DNA of 39,246 nucleotides, taken from IMG/VR virus record IMGVR_UViG_3300045988_059661; one strand, given 5' to 3'. Position numbers and translations under genes: made by a program. Below the pieces are notes generated by a model. That model was not told the origin of the DNA. It was given only the letters and a program-made list of their open reading frames with translations, and did not search any database. Below, piece by piece: positions 27,221-36,669 of this stretch. Each line of letters starts with the position of its first letter. Position 1 is the first letter of the stretch. The DNA is from a virus.

Positions 27221-27246
27221 AGGCGACGCCCTAATGGACGCCGCCT
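27221..27246 (-). terminator. GC-rich hairpin downstream of the late-activator gene (terminator-like); shares CGTCC…TAGGGCGTC with the hairpin at 26501-26523
   Basis: Minus strand AGGCGGCGTCCATTAGGGCGTCGCCT followed by UUGCGUUAU. Confidence 0.5.
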
Positions 27247-27317
27247 CGGCTGTAAATAAAACTACTTAGAATGATTGTGTGTACGGTATTTTCCGTACTT
27301 TTCACTTCTACATCATA

Positions 27318-27749
27318 TCATGTCAAGATACTGACATTTAATGCCATCTTCTGCGAAAACTCCTCTAGTGCCGCTCGATGGATTCGGAAGGTATGTCGCC
27401 AAGTGATATTCATCTCAACAGCAATTTGTTCCCACCGTTTATTCTGAATATATCGCTTAGTTAATACCTCTTGCTGAGTGGCACTTTCAAGCTTTGCTAT
27501 AAGGGTCTTTGCTTGTTCACGCATTTCTATCAGCTCATCCCACTCACGATTAGTATCCCGAATAAGTTCGTCCAGGCGGGCAATCTTGTCGGACACGTCA
27601 ATGGGGCTACCGCCGGTGATTTTATCTTTAGCGTAATCCAAGGCTTGAAGGCTACATATGTCATGCTGAAGCTGAGCGATCCGTTCTTCTTTCATCCGCA
27701 GCCTAACTTCAAGACTGCGGACGTATTCAAGATATTCTTTTGCATTCAT
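27318..27749 (-). CDS. Late-gene transcriptional activator, sigma-70 region-4-like (ArpU/RinA-type)
   Basis: C-terminal VLTKRYIQNKRWEQIAVEMNITWRHTFRIHRAALEEF is a sigma-r4-like HTH; ATG 27749 after GGAGG; positioned upstream of the terminase. Confidence 0.65.
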   Translation of the reverse strand: MNAKEYLEYVRSLEVRLRMKEERIAQLQHDICSLQALDYAKDKITGGSPIDVSDKIARLDELIRDTNREWDELIEMREQAKTLIAKLESATQQEVLTKRYIQNKRWEQIAVEMNITWRHTFRIHRAALEEFSQKMALNVSILT

Positions 27750-27759
27750 GCCGTACCTC

Positions 27760-27972
27760 CTACTCTTCGAGATAACTATACGCTCTGTCGAGGTCTCGAA
27801 AGGCCGCATCAATTGCACTAAGCGCCATGTCTTTGCAGTCCATATCCATTTCGCTATCTCTGTACACGGCCTCACGGACTTTTGCTAAATCCGCAGATAT
27901 ATTAGCCAATAGCACGGCAGCGTCTTCCGGGTCAACTTGTCCGTTAATAGGGTTTCTTGCGATATTAGTCAT
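27760..27972 (-). CDS. Hypothetical protein (70 aa)
   Basis: GAAAGGAGAA RBS. Confidence 0.5.
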   Translation of the reverse strand: MTNIARNPINGQVDPEDAAVLLANISADLAKVREAVYRDSEMDMDCKDMALSAIDAAFRDLDRAYSYLEE

Positions 27973-28493
27973 TATGATTCTCCTTTCAGTGTCGTTTGTT
28001 GTAGTTCTTTTTGCGGTAAGATATTGCCGCAGTCAACTAAGGCTTTCATTTTCTTTAGCAACTTAACCAGAGATTCTCCGTAATCAGCCAGCGGCTCCTT
28101 GATTTGGTTATATTCTTCCTGGCTTTTGAATCCGTCCTTACCGATAACAGGACGAATGACATACCCAAATCGGTCATCGGGGATAAGCACACAGCCACGA
28201 CCACGAAGAAAACAAAGCACATCGGCAAGTTCAGAATTAATGAAGGCGGCATGTAGGAATAGCCATACCCACAGCTTGCTGTCTTCAGGGTGCTTTTTCT
28301 CGTAATCGTCATGGTATTCTTCAATCGGCCAGTTCTTAGGATTACGAGCGTCCTCTACTTTACGTACAAGACGTTCGACGAGGTTCTTAATTTCAGGATC
28401 CCGCCGAAGCAAATCAAACTGGGGATGTTCCATTTCATTTAGAATCTCTTTGAAGGCACTTCTGGCTCGTTTTACGACCTCTTGATTAGCCAT
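27972..28493 (-). CDS. Hypothetical protein (173 aa)
   Basis: GAGGAA RBS; start overlaps the RusA stop region. Confidence 0.55.
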   Translation of the reverse strand: MANQEVVKRARSAFKEILNEMEHPQFDLLRRDPEIKNLVERLVRKVEDARNPKNWPIEEYHDDYEKKHPEDSKLWVWLFLHAAFINSELADVLCFLRGRGCVLIPDDRFGYVIRPVIGKDGFKSQEEYNQIKEPLADYGESLVKLLKKMKALVDCGNILPQKELQQTTLKGES

Positions 28494-28890
28494 TGGTAAG
28501 TTCCTCTATCTCAATATAAAGTCCGGGCTTATCAAGGTAAAATTTTTGAATTTCTTCACAAGCGACAAGAGCATCGTCTGTCCAAAAGCCCAAATCCGTC
28601 ATCACATCTTTTAAGAGCTTCACCAAATTGTCCGTATCGGGCTTTGTTGTTTTCCAGCTCTTTACAGGATGAGCGGTAGTCGCTAAATATATCCACGTCG
28701 TCGAAAGCCTTACAGGACCCGCAAACGGAGCGTTAGGAGCGTAAGGGGCAAGGGCTGCCATAAACTTCTGGCGGGCGTCTTTTACGTTCTGAGGCTCGTA
28801 CACGACAGGCTTACCGTTTACTACCATAATTTTCTTTTCCTGGTGAGTCGCCGACGGAATCATCATCGGCAAGAAAAACTTTAATTTCAT
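28486..28890 (-). CDS. rusA: RusA-like Holliday junction resolvase
   Basis: KPDTDNLVKLLKDVMTDLGFWTDDALV matches the RusA catalytic Asp motif; ATG 28890 after AAAGGAG. Confidence 0.8.
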   Translation of the reverse strand: MKLKFFLPMMIPSATHQEKKIMVVNGKPVVYEPQNVKDARQKFMAALAPYAPNAPFAGPVRLSTTWIYLATTAHPVKSWKTTKPDTDNLVKLLKDVMTDLGFWTDDALVACEEIQKFYLDKPGLYIEIEELTNG

Positions 28891-29013
28891 TGCATACTCC
28901 TTTCTTACTTCAACGCCGAGGGCGCTTATTGTCCTGTCAGACGGACAAAGGGTGTTAAGGGAAACGGCAACGTCAAAGCCGTTTTCCAACCCTTTGTTCG
29001 TCCCATGACAATT

Positions 29014-29078
29014 GCGGACATTTATACATCGGGACATTTCTATATATATAGTTGAAATGTCCCGATTTTTGTCCCGAT
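29014..29078. repeat. Inverted-repeat/iteron cluster (ori-like): 13-bp inverted repeat ATCGGGACATTTC/GAAATGTCCCGAT around TATATATATAGTT, direct GTCCCGAT x2, upstream GGACATTT copy
   Basis: Read directly from the sequence; lies in the 220-bp intergenic region between the primase-helicase and rusA. Confidence 0.5.
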
Positions 29079-29110
29079 ATTTATGCATATGCGGCGTTTT
29101 AGGTGAATAA

Positions 29111-31126
29111 TTATTCAATGCTATTTCTCTCTACTTTACCGTTTTTTACGGTGAATTCTTCCGAGCTGTTGATATCTCTTCGAAGGGTTTTAGGACTGAT
29201 ATCAAGATACTCCGCCATATCGTCAATAGTGACCTCGCCTGAGATGAGGCACGCATTGTATGCCGACTCAAGGTTCTGGATTCGGGACTGTTTCTGTTTT
29301 TGCCGAGTGCGTTGTCCTTTCTCGTTGAGCTTCATCTCGACGTCCAGCTTAATCGTCTCTAGCGTTCCTGTATCGTCAATACGGTGAACGGGATAATCGA
29401 ACCACACGTTTACCGGCCTAAACGAAGCGTACTCACGAAGCGTCCCTTCGATACGCCAAGCCGAACGAGAGGAACCGACTTGTTCAGCGTCAAGCTCAAT
29501 CATATCGAGGAGTGCGTCGGCGTCACGGCCGAATACGCCTGACCCAGAGGCTCTGTCAATAGCTCGTTTGCCGCCTTGAGCGCCTTTTGAATGATGATGA
29601 CAATAAATGACCGAGCAATTAAGCTCCGTTGCGATACGGTCGAACTGATTGCAAAAATGAGCCATTTGTTCAGCGCTGTTCTCATCACCTGTAATGACCT
29701 TGTAAATCGGGTCGATGATAATCGCCGTATATTCCTGTTTAACGGCTCTCCTAATGAGTTTCGGAGCGAGCTTATCCATAGGCAAAGATTTTCCTCTAAG
29801 ATTCCATATGTCGATATTAGAAAGGCTGCGGGCTTCCCAGCCAAGTTCTGTGTACACGTCTTTAAATCGATGTAGGCAAGAGGCGGCGTCAAGCTCCAGA
29901 TTCACATACAGGACTCGTCCCTGGGAGCAATCCCAATTCAGCCATTTACGCCCTTCCGCAATAGCGATGACAAGTTCTATAAGAGCAAAGGACTTACCCG
30001 CCTTAGACGGTCCTGCCAATAGCATTTTGTGACCCTTACGAAGTACGTTTTCGATAAGCGGCGGTGCCAACGGCGGCAGATTATTCCAGAAATCTCGAAG
30101 GCTTTCAGGCTCCGGCAGATTGTCGTTAATCGATTCGATCCACGTCTGCCACTCGGCGAAACTACTCTTGCCGATATTCGTATCAACGAGGAACTGCTTT
30201 TTATCCTTGCGGGTAACGCCGGGCATACGACTGAGGCGGCTCGGATTTCTGTTTTGAACGTCGATTTCAAGGCCATTCTTTCGGCAGATATTATAAAGAT
30301 AATCGACCCGTTTACGGTACTCATCGTAATTGGCAGCGTCTACTTTAACGATGGCGTGAACGGATTTACCGCCGCTATAGACCATACACGTAACAGGAAG
30401 CTCCAGTTTGCGGATGATTTCGTTCTGCTTGTCGATGGGCATACAGTCCGATTCGACCAAAGCGTATTTAAACTCCGTTACGTTCTCATTACGGACACCC
30501 CGACCGTCTAAGGGATTGAAGCGTATCCAAGCCCCTACGTCGGGATTGTAATCACCCAGGACGGCCCCGATATCACCGTCACATTCTGATAAGGCGTGAA
30601 TAAGCTCCCCTGCCGTACGCTTAAATTTCCCCTTAGACGGTATGAATTTTCCGTCTTGCTCCCACGACTCTGTAACGTAGCCGACATAATCAGAGCTGTC
30701 GTAAAGAAGCTCTAGGTACGTAATTAAATCCTTAGCCGGATTCCAATCGTCACCCGGGTCTTCAATTTCTCGACCTTCTACCCAGTTCTTATCGATGATG
30801 ACTTCTTCGTCGGCAATGATTTCGTCATCCCATCCATACGCCCGATCGGGTAAATGGGGTGTGGCGGTCCAGCCGTTTTCTTTAGCCATGTTCACGATAG
30901 TAGCTCCCGTAACGGGGCTCCCGTTATAGTGTCCTGTGAACGTCGCCCATTTCTTAGCGCATTCTCCGGCATGATAACGAGTGATGTCTTTGGCGCTCCA
31001 GGATTCCCAATCGCTAATGTCGTAGCCTTCTTCTTTAAGCCCCATTCCCACTTGAAGCCATTCCTGATAATCGCAAAAAGCGGGGTCGATGTAGTCCAAT
31101 AAAGGTATTAAGTTGATTGTACGCAT
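29111..31126 (-). CDS. Primase-polymerase / replicative helicase (PriCT-like N-terminus, prim-pol, AAA_25 RepA-like ATPase, C-terminal HTH)
   Basis: Walker A LLAGPSKAGKSFALIELVIAIAEG; 671 aa; AAGGAG RBS. Confidence 0.8.
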   Translation of the reverse strand: MRTINLIPLLDYIDPAFCDYQEWLQVGMGLKEEGYDISDWESWSAKDITRYHAGECAKKWATFTGHYNGSPVTGATIVNMAKENGWTATPHLPDRAYGWDDEIIADEEVIIDKNWVEGREIEDPGDDWNPAKDLITYLELLYDSSDYVGYVTESWEQDGKFIPSKGKFKRTAGELIHALSECDGDIGAVLGDYNPDVGAWIRFNPLDGRGVRNENVTEFKYALVESDCMPIDKQNEIIRKLELPVTCMVYSGGKSVHAIVKVDAANYDEYRKRVDYLYNICRKNGLEIDVQNRNPSRLSRMPGVTRKDKKQFLVDTNIGKSSFAEWQTWIESINDNLPEPESLRDFWNNLPPLAPPLIENVLRKGHKMLLAGPSKAGKSFALIELVIAIAEGRKWLNWDCSQGRVLYVNLELDAASCLHRFKDVYTELGWEARSLSNIDIWNLRGKSLPMDKLAPKLIRRAVKQEYTAIIIDPIYKVITGDENSAEQMAHFCNQFDRIATELNCSVIYCHHHSKGAQGGKRAIDRASGSGVFGRDADALLDMIELDAEQVGSSRSAWRIEGTLREYASFRPVNVWFDYPVHRIDDTGTLETIKLDVEMKLNEKGQRTRQKQKQSRIQNLESAYNACLISGEVTIDDMAEYLDISPKTLRRDINSSEEFTVKNGKVERNSIE

Positions 31127-31149
31127 TGCTTTTTCATCTCCTTTATGGA

Positions 31150-32736
31150 CTATGCCGGGATATAGGTTTCAGGCGTTACACCATTTGGAATTCGCCAATT
31201 ATTCATAGAAATTCGAGCAATCATAGATGAGGCCTGGTCAAACGTCCATGTACCGACGTGCTGGAAACCGCGAGACTCCAAGAAGCGTATTTGCTTCGGT
31301 CTTGACAGGCTCATATCCTGACGTTTCTTTAATCTATCTAGGAGAAGTGAAGCCTTACCGGCATTTTCGATTTCATCGGCAAAGATACCGAATTTCTCTA
31401 AAGCCTGGATTTGCTTAACAGACGGCGGTGCCATTTCATAACCAAACGACGGCACATATCCCGATAAGTCTTCAGACTGAATGGACATCTCAAACTGTAA
31501 CGGATCCACGAGCTTGCGTTTGCGTTTCTTCATTTCCTTAAGCTTTTCAGCCAAGGCTTGCTCCCGTTCTGCCACAACATCCGATTCAGATTCTTTTTCA
31601 AGCTCTTCAATATCAATCGGAACCGCCGAGTCTTCAAGTTTTTCCGTCATTTTCTTTGCGATGTCTTCATCTTTACTTATGAGATGGGCAGGTCGGCATA
31701 ATTCATGCCGTTCCGTATTCCACAGAAAATCAAGCAGCAGCACGTTTTCTTTTCCTTCGTGTAATCGAGTGCCACGACCTACCATTTGACTGTATAAGGC
31801 TCGGGATTTGGTCGCTCGCAGAACGATAATGCAATCTACCGACGGACAATCCCATCCTTCAGTCAGAAGCATACTGTTACATAGAACGTTGTATTTCCCG
31901 TCCTCAAAGTCTTTAAGGACTTCTGCCCTATCTTGACTATTGCCGTTTACTTCGGCGGCTCTAAAGCCGTATTTACGAAGATATCGGCAAAACTTCTTAC
32001 TTGTTTCCACCAGCGGCAAGAACACGACGGTCTTTCTGTCTTTGGCATATGTGACCATTTCTTCAGCAATCTTATCAAGATACGGCTCAAGAGCTGTTCC
32101 GAGTTCACCTACTTTGTAATCGCCTGCCGCCATGCCGACATGTGCAATGTCCAATTGCAGAGGGATGGTCTGTGCGACGATTTGAGCGAGGTATCCGGCC
32201 TTAATGGCTTGCGGAAGTTTGTATTCATACGCCAGGCTGTCGTATATCTGTCCGAGGTTTCGCATATCGCTTCTGTCAGGCGTTGCCGTAACACCTAGGA
32301 CTCTAGCATTAGAGAAGTAGTTTAAAACGTTCTGGTAGCTGTCTGAGATAGAATGATGAGCTTCATCGATGATGATCGTGTCGTAGTAATCGGGAGTAAA
32401 CTGAGCCAGTCGTTTTTCACGCATAAGCGTTTGAACACTGCCGACGGTAATCCGATACCAAGATTGAAGAGCCGTCTGCTCGGCTTTTTCTACGGCACAT
32501 TTAAGGCCCGTAGCTTTCGCTATCTTATCGGCGGCTTGTTCTAGGAGTTCTCCACGATGTGCCAGGATTAAAACTCTGTTACCGACTCGTACTTGAGATT
32601 CGGCAATTTTGGCAAAACAAATCGTCTTACCGCAACCGGTCGGCAAGACGAGTAATGTTTTGTTGTGGCCTATGTCCCACTCATGCAGGACGGCGTCAAC
32701 CGCCGCCTGCTGATAGGGACGAAGCTCAATGCCCAC
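31150..32736 (-). CDS. SF2 DEAD/DEAH-box DNA helicase
   Basis: LRPYQQAAVDAV, LPTGCGKT (motif I), DEAHH (motif II); GTG 32736 after AAGGAG. Confidence 0.85.
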   Translation of the reverse strand: MGIELRPYQQAAVDAVLHEWDIGHNKTLLVLPTGCGKTICFAKIAESQVRVGNRVLILAHRGELLEQAADKIAKATGLKCAVEKAEQTALQSWYRITVGSVQTLMREKRLAQFTPDYYDTIIIDEAHHSISDSYQNVLNYFSNARVLGVTATPDRSDMRNLGQIYDSLAYEYKLPQAIKAGYLAQIVAQTIPLQLDIAHVGMAAGDYKVGELGTALEPYLDKIAEEMVTYAKDRKTVVFLPLVETSKKFCRYLRKYGFRAAEVNGNSQDRAEVLKDFEDGKYNVLCNSMLLTEGWDCPSVDCIIVLRATKSRALYSQMVGRGTRLHEGKENVLLLDFLWNTERHELCRPAHLISKDEDIAKKMTEKLEDSAVPIDIEELEKESESDVVAEREQALAEKLKEMKKRKRKLVDPLQFEMSIQSEDLSGYVPSFGYEMAPPSVKQIQALEKFGIFADEIENAGKASLLLDRLKKRQDMSLSRPKQIRFLESRGFQHVGTWTFDQASSMIARISMNNWRIPNGVTPETYIPA

Positions 32737-32738
32737 GA

Positions 32739-33176
32739 TTAAAAGGCTCCTTGAGTCCACTCTTTACCCGATTCTTCCTTGTCGTAAAACCGGTCGACGT
32801 TCGAGTAAGTCTTTCCGTTGTATTCCCGAAGTTTGATTTTAAAGCGACCGGTCGCTCCGAGGACTTCGTTCCAGCGGATCGTGAACTTGTCATCGCCTTT
32901 CTTCATATGCCCGATGGCACGGGCAAATCCGGTAAGCTGCCATTGTGATTTACTGTGTAGGAAGAGGTTCTGCTTAATTCGGCCTTTCTGGCCGTTCACA
33001 TTTACTTCGTAGGTGATTTTGGCTTCATTGCAAGCGGGCATTTTTTCGCTTCCCTCGAAGTAGCCTCGTTCGAAGTTGGTAATCTTAAAGTCATAATCTC
33101 CTGCGGGGATGTCGACAAACTCGTTTTCCACTGCTTCAATTTCTTCGTCCCAACTAAATGCTCTTTCTTCTGCCAT
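32739..33176 (-). CDS. DUF669-like phage protein (putative ssDNA-binding partner of Sak4)
   Basis: 145 aa from ATG 33176 (GGAGGATA RBS); synteny next to the Sak4-like gene. Confidence 0.5.
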   Translation of the reverse strand: MAEERAFSWDEEIEAVENEFVDIPAGDYDFKITNFERGYFEGSEKMPACNEAKITYEVNVNGQKGRIKQNLFLHSKSQWQLTGFARAIGHMKKGDDKFTIRWNEVLGATGRFKIKLREYNGKTYSNVDRFYDKEESGKEWTQGAF

Positions 33177-33196
33177 GATTGTTATCCTCCTTATTA

Positions 33197-34249
33197 TTAA
33201 AACGGTACATTTTCGTCTCGGTTGGCTTCTACTGCCTGAGCCACAGTATCGAATGCGGCAATTAAGCAACCGTCTATAAATTCTTTCGGGTAGTCCTTAA
33301 TTCTCATATCAGCCGGGAAGTACCCTTTACCGCCTACAACGGCTTGTATTTCGGCTTCTGTGATATTTCGTGCTTCCATAAGCTTCTTTAAGTCCTTCGG
33401 GATCCCGTCATCTTCCTTAGCCTTCTTTTTAGGTTCAGCTTTTACAATGGGTTCTTCTTTCGGAGGGGTTTTTATTTCCTCTGCAGGCTTTTCTTCAACT
33501 TGCGATTTTTGAATATTTTGGGGTATGCAATTTTCGATTTGAGCAAATTCGAAGGGCAAGCATTCCTTCAATCCGTGCCGGTTCTTAGCGTCCCAATTCG
33601 GATGATGACTCGTATACATCACACGCTGGCCGCCTGAAACACGGACCTTTTTACTGTTACTGTCCTTGCTATCTACTTTTAAAACTTCTTCTTTGTAGTT
33701 GGCAAAAAGGAGCATATCTGCCCACTCCTTGACCATATCGGAGATTTTCTGACTGGCAGCTTTGTTGAGTTTGAGTTCGTACCGATCGTACGGAGGTTGG
33801 TCAGGCCGTTCAAACTTACGAACCATAGCATGAGCTGTAAGAACCACGTTCATGCCGCTTTCAATTAAATCCTGGAGCTTATTAAGCAGCCGTCCGAATT
33901 CTTCCTTCTCATATACATACCCTTTGCCGTATCCGATATCTTCAATGCCGCTTACCTGGTATTTCGAGCAAATGTGCTGTACACAAAGCTGCTCTGCCCA
34001 GTCGATTGTGTCGATGACTAAGGTTGTAAATCCCTGGTGGTCTTTCGTAAGCTCTTGGACATATTCCATAAGTACCGCCCAGGACGTCGGACGTTCCAGT
34101 CTCGCCACATCCATATGGGCTGTACTTGCCTCTGTATCGATAAATAAGGGCTTAGGGAAGTGAGCGGCAAATGTACTCTTGCCGATCCCTTCAGGACCAT
34201 ATATAACGACTTTCTGATACCGTTCTTGCTTTCCTGTGATTATCTTCAT
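33197..34249 (-). CDS. Sak4-like RecA-fold ATPase (AAA_24) with a C-terminal K/E/P-rich extension
   Basis: KVVIYGPEGIGKSTFAA…PLFIDTE; AGGAGGT RBS. Confidence 0.7.
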   Translation of the reverse strand: MKIITGKQERYQKVVIYGPEGIGKSTFAAHFPKPLFIDTEASTAHMDVARLERPTSWAVLMEYVQELTKDHQGFTTLVIDTIDWAEQLCVQHICSKYQVSGIEDIGYGKGYVYEKEEFGRLLNKLQDLIESGMNVVLTAHAMVRKFERPDQPPYDRYELKLNKAASQKISDMVKEWADMLLFANYKEEVLKVDSKDSNSKKVRVSGGQRVMYTSHHPNWDAKNRHGLKECLPFEFAQIENCIPQNIQKSQVEEKPAEEIKTPPKEEPIVKAEPKKKAKEDDGIPKDLKKLMEARNITEAEIQAVVGGKGYFPADMRIKDYPKEFIDGCLIAAFDTVAQAVEANRDENVPF

Positions 34250-34260
34250 AGCTACCTCCT

Positions 34261-35550
34261 TTAGAATTTACCGGCTTCCCATTTCTTGTTTTCTACCGGC
34301 TGCGGTGTCGAGTCTTTAACGTAACCGTCTTCGATAATGATGCTGCAGCTGTCATCCGTTCCGACTCTCGTAGCAATGACCTGGAGTCCTTCATTGGTGA
34401 GCCATTCAGAAAACTCCTTGAGCGTTTCCTGATCCATTTGTTCAAGCTTGTCCATAAGGACGAAGCCGCATTCAGGGTTAAGCTTACGAATAATCGCCGT
34501 AGCTACCATAAGCTGTTCAGCTCCCGACATGCCGTCCCATTGCTGCCCTTTGTAGATGAGTTCCCCGTCTTTAACACCAAGTTCCGGAAGCGGCAAATCC
34601 GCTTTATTAAGAAGCTCATTCTTTGCTTCCTTGACGGCTTCAATCTCAGCCGTCAGCCCGTTATATTCAGCTGATAACTCTTCGGCTTCGGCCTGGGCTT
34701 TTTCCTTTTCCTGGTTAGCACGGACCTTGCGATTGATATCATCGACCTGGGCGATATTAGTCTCCAGTTCTTCGGTACTTTCATCGACAAGCTCGGCTAC
34801 CGTCTTTTGAGCTGTTTCCATATCGGCTAACAGCGACTCCTGTTTAGCCTGGGCTTCTTCGAGGGATGCTTTAAGCTGAGCAATCTGTGCAATAAGCGTT
34901 TCGTGTTCTTCCGTCATCTTAACTAGCTGTTCACGCTTGCGTTGATTCTCGCCATTTTGGGCTAATATTTCTTGCTGTTGCTTAATTAAGTCCGAGGCAC
35001 TCACCGGCTCTGTGGGAGCGTCGGGATAATATTCAAGCTCATCGGCGTATGACTTCTTCTGCTTAGCAATACGACCGATTTCAAGGCGGCGGTTATATCG
35101 TTGAGCTTCTTTCGCATCGAGTTCAGCTAATTCGTCACCAATCCCGATAATCTGCAGTAACGTATTGGCCTTGTCTTTCGAGTTCATACCCATAAACTTC
35201 GGTAAGTCTAGTGCCAGTTTCTCAATGAAGCTATCCAAGAGCTTCTGTCCGGCTTTCTCACCAGTCGGGTCAATAACCTTGAGGTTACTCTTGGCGCCTT
35301 TACGTTCAACGATAAGCCCGTTAGACAGTTCGATATGAATCTCAGGCGGGATCGTACTACTGTCTCTTGCCGCATTGGACGGCTTAAATTTATCGCCACC
35401 TAAGGCCCATGCGATAGCGTCTAATACAGAGGTTTTGCCTTGGCCGTTACGACCACCGATGACGGTAAGGCCATTTTGTGCTAATTCCATTTGTACCGCT
35501 TTGACTCTCTTTACGTTCTCAATGGCTAAGCTGTTAATTTTTACTGTCAT
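34261..35550 (-). CDS. SMC/Rad50/SbcC-like AAA ATPase
   Basis: Walker A GGRNGQGKTS, long coiled coil, C-terminal VLMDKLEQMD (Walker B/D-loop). Confidence 0.75.
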   Translation of the reverse strand: MTVKINSLAIENVKRVKAVQMELAQNGLTVIGGRNGQGKTSVLDAIAWALGGDKFKPSNAARDSSTIPPEIHIELSNGLIVERKGAKSNLKVIDPTGEKAGQKLLDSFIEKLALDLPKFMGMNSKDKANTLLQIIGIGDELAELDAKEAQRYNRRLEIGRIAKQKKSYADELEYYPDAPTEPVSASDLIKQQQEILAQNGENQRKREQLVKMTEEHETLIAQIAQLKASLEEAQAKQESLLADMETAQKTVAELVDESTEELETNIAQVDDINRKVRANQEKEKAQAEAEELSAEYNGLTAEIEAVKEAKNELLNKADLPLPELGVKDGELIYKGQQWDGMSGAEQLMVATAIIRKLNPECGFVLMDKLEQMDQETLKEFSEWLTNEGLQVIATRVGTDDSCSIIIEDGYVKDSTPQPVENKKWEAGKF

Positions 35551-35576
35551 GTGATATACTCCTTTTAATTGAAAAT

Positions 35577-35684
35577 TTAATTTTTAGTTGTTTTGGCCGT
35601 CTTCTGTTGCTGCAGAGGGCGGCCATTTCCTATGCACTCATCGGGAATACAGTAATCCCGATTCGGGCAACTTTCACAATTCAT
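35577..35684 (-). CDS. 35-aa Cys-rich mini-protein (zinc-ribbon-like)
   Basis: MNCESCPNRDYCIPDECIGNG…; GGAGG RBS 6 nt upstream. Confidence 0.4.
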   Translation of the reverse strand: MNCESCPNRDYCIPDECIGNGRPLQQQKTAKTTKN

Positions 35685-35696
35685 GGAAAGCCTCCT

Positions 35697-35882
35697 TTAA
35701 AGAAGTGCTAAAAGTACAATTAAGAAGTAAATAGCTGTTAACGTAAGTGCTGCTTTCAACCCTTCCTTAATGTAATAGCCGATACTATGACTTCGAACTA
35801 TACGGATCGGAGTGTTTTGGATTTCGTAGTATCGTTGGTTAATCCACTCAGGCGGACTCTGTAATGTGGTAGCCTTCATCAT
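35697..35882 (-). CDS. Small membrane protein (61 aa, C-terminal TM)
   Basis: C-terminal LTLTAIYFLIVLLALL. Confidence 0.45.
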   Translation of the reverse strand: MMKATTLQSPPEWINQRYYEIQNTPIRIVRSHSIGYYIKEGLKAALTLTAIYFLIVLLALL

Positions 35883-36160
35883 TACATCCCTCTCTTTCTA
35901 ATGATTAACTCGAAGTGAAACGATACAAGCACGTTACCGGCACGCCGAATGTAATTTCTCCATGTATCGCCGAACGTTACGATAAGCACCGCTGTTTCCC
36001 TCTCTGACAGGCGTTTGCCGTCGATAATACTGTGGCACGCAGCCAGTGTGGAATCGACGATTTCTTGAGGTCTAAAATGCCTTGTTACTTGGATACCTTC
36101 TACATCGGCAGTTGTGTAAATAACCGTCATCATGTGGTTTATCATTTGGTCTGCATTCAT
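35882..36160 (-). CDS. Hypothetical early protein (92 aa)
   Basis: ORF with GGAGCG upstream. Confidence 0.5.
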   Translation of the reverse strand: MNADQMINHMMTVIYTTADVEGIQVTRHFRPQEIVDSTLAACHSIIDGKRLSERETAVLIVTFGDTWRNYIRRAGNVLVSFHFELIIRKRGM

Positions 36161-36241
36161 TGTTACGCTCCTTTCCGTATCTCAATCCATATACACGCCA
36201 GTACAACGGCGATTACGATTACACACGTTGCAATTTCAAGT

Positions 36242-36451
36242 TCAATCATTAGCGTTTCCTCCCGTCGCTTTGCTATCGAGCCATGCTCGGATTTCCCATC
36301 CGGCAAAACGTATTTCTGATTTTTCGGTAAGCTTAATGTGCGGTATTTCGCCCGTTTTTACCCACTTATAAACGTTCTGAATATCAGTGTGTAACAACCT
36401 TGCGATTTCTACTGCCGAGTACATAATGTCGGCGATAATTCGTTGTTCCAT
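36242..36451 (-). CDS. Excisionase/AlpA-like HTH_17 DNA-binding protein
   Basis: YSAVEIARLLHTDIQNVYKWVKTGEIPHIKL…EIRAWL. Confidence 0.65.
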   Translation of the reverse strand: MEQRIIADIMYSAVEIARLLHTDIQNVYKWVKTGEIPHIKLTEKSEIRFAGWEIRAWLDSKATGGNAND

Positions 36452-36465
36452 TTAAGGCTCCTTTC

Positions 36466-36636
36466 TTAATAATGCTCAACGTGGAACATTAGCTCCTCAT
36501 GCGTTTTCTCCGAGTCGTCAAGTGTCAGCTTGTCGGCTCTTTTTCTGTGGACAAATTCCATGGCCTTAACGATGCATTGCCATTCGTACCAGGGAAGCTT
36601 TTCAGCTTCTCGTAAAATGATTTCCGTCGGACTCAT
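36466..36636 (-). CDS. Small hypothetical protein (56 aa)
   Basis: ATG 36636 after GGAGGGAAG; below the 60-aa ORF-track threshold. Confidence 0.45.
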   Translation of the reverse strand: MSPTEIILREAEKLPWYEWQCIVKAMEFVHRKRADKLTLDDSEKTHEELMFHVEHY

Positions 36637-36669
36637 CTGCTTCCCTCCTTATTTGCGGTTGTTGTTTTT

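Noticed and set aside
28891-29118. Long N-terminal extension of the RusA ORF (210-aa version)
   Set aside because: It is packed with inverted and direct repeats (ori-like). An internal ATG at 28890 has a strong RBS and gives a normal-length RusA.
33177-33269. N-terminal extension of the DUF669-like ORF
   Set aside because: No RBS is present; the internal ATG 33176 has GGAGGATA upstream.
36163-36249. 28-aa hydrophobic micro-ORF between the Xis-like gene and the 35882-36160 gene
   Set aside because: It is plausible (ATG, membrane-like) but too short, with no clear RBS. It was left unannotated.
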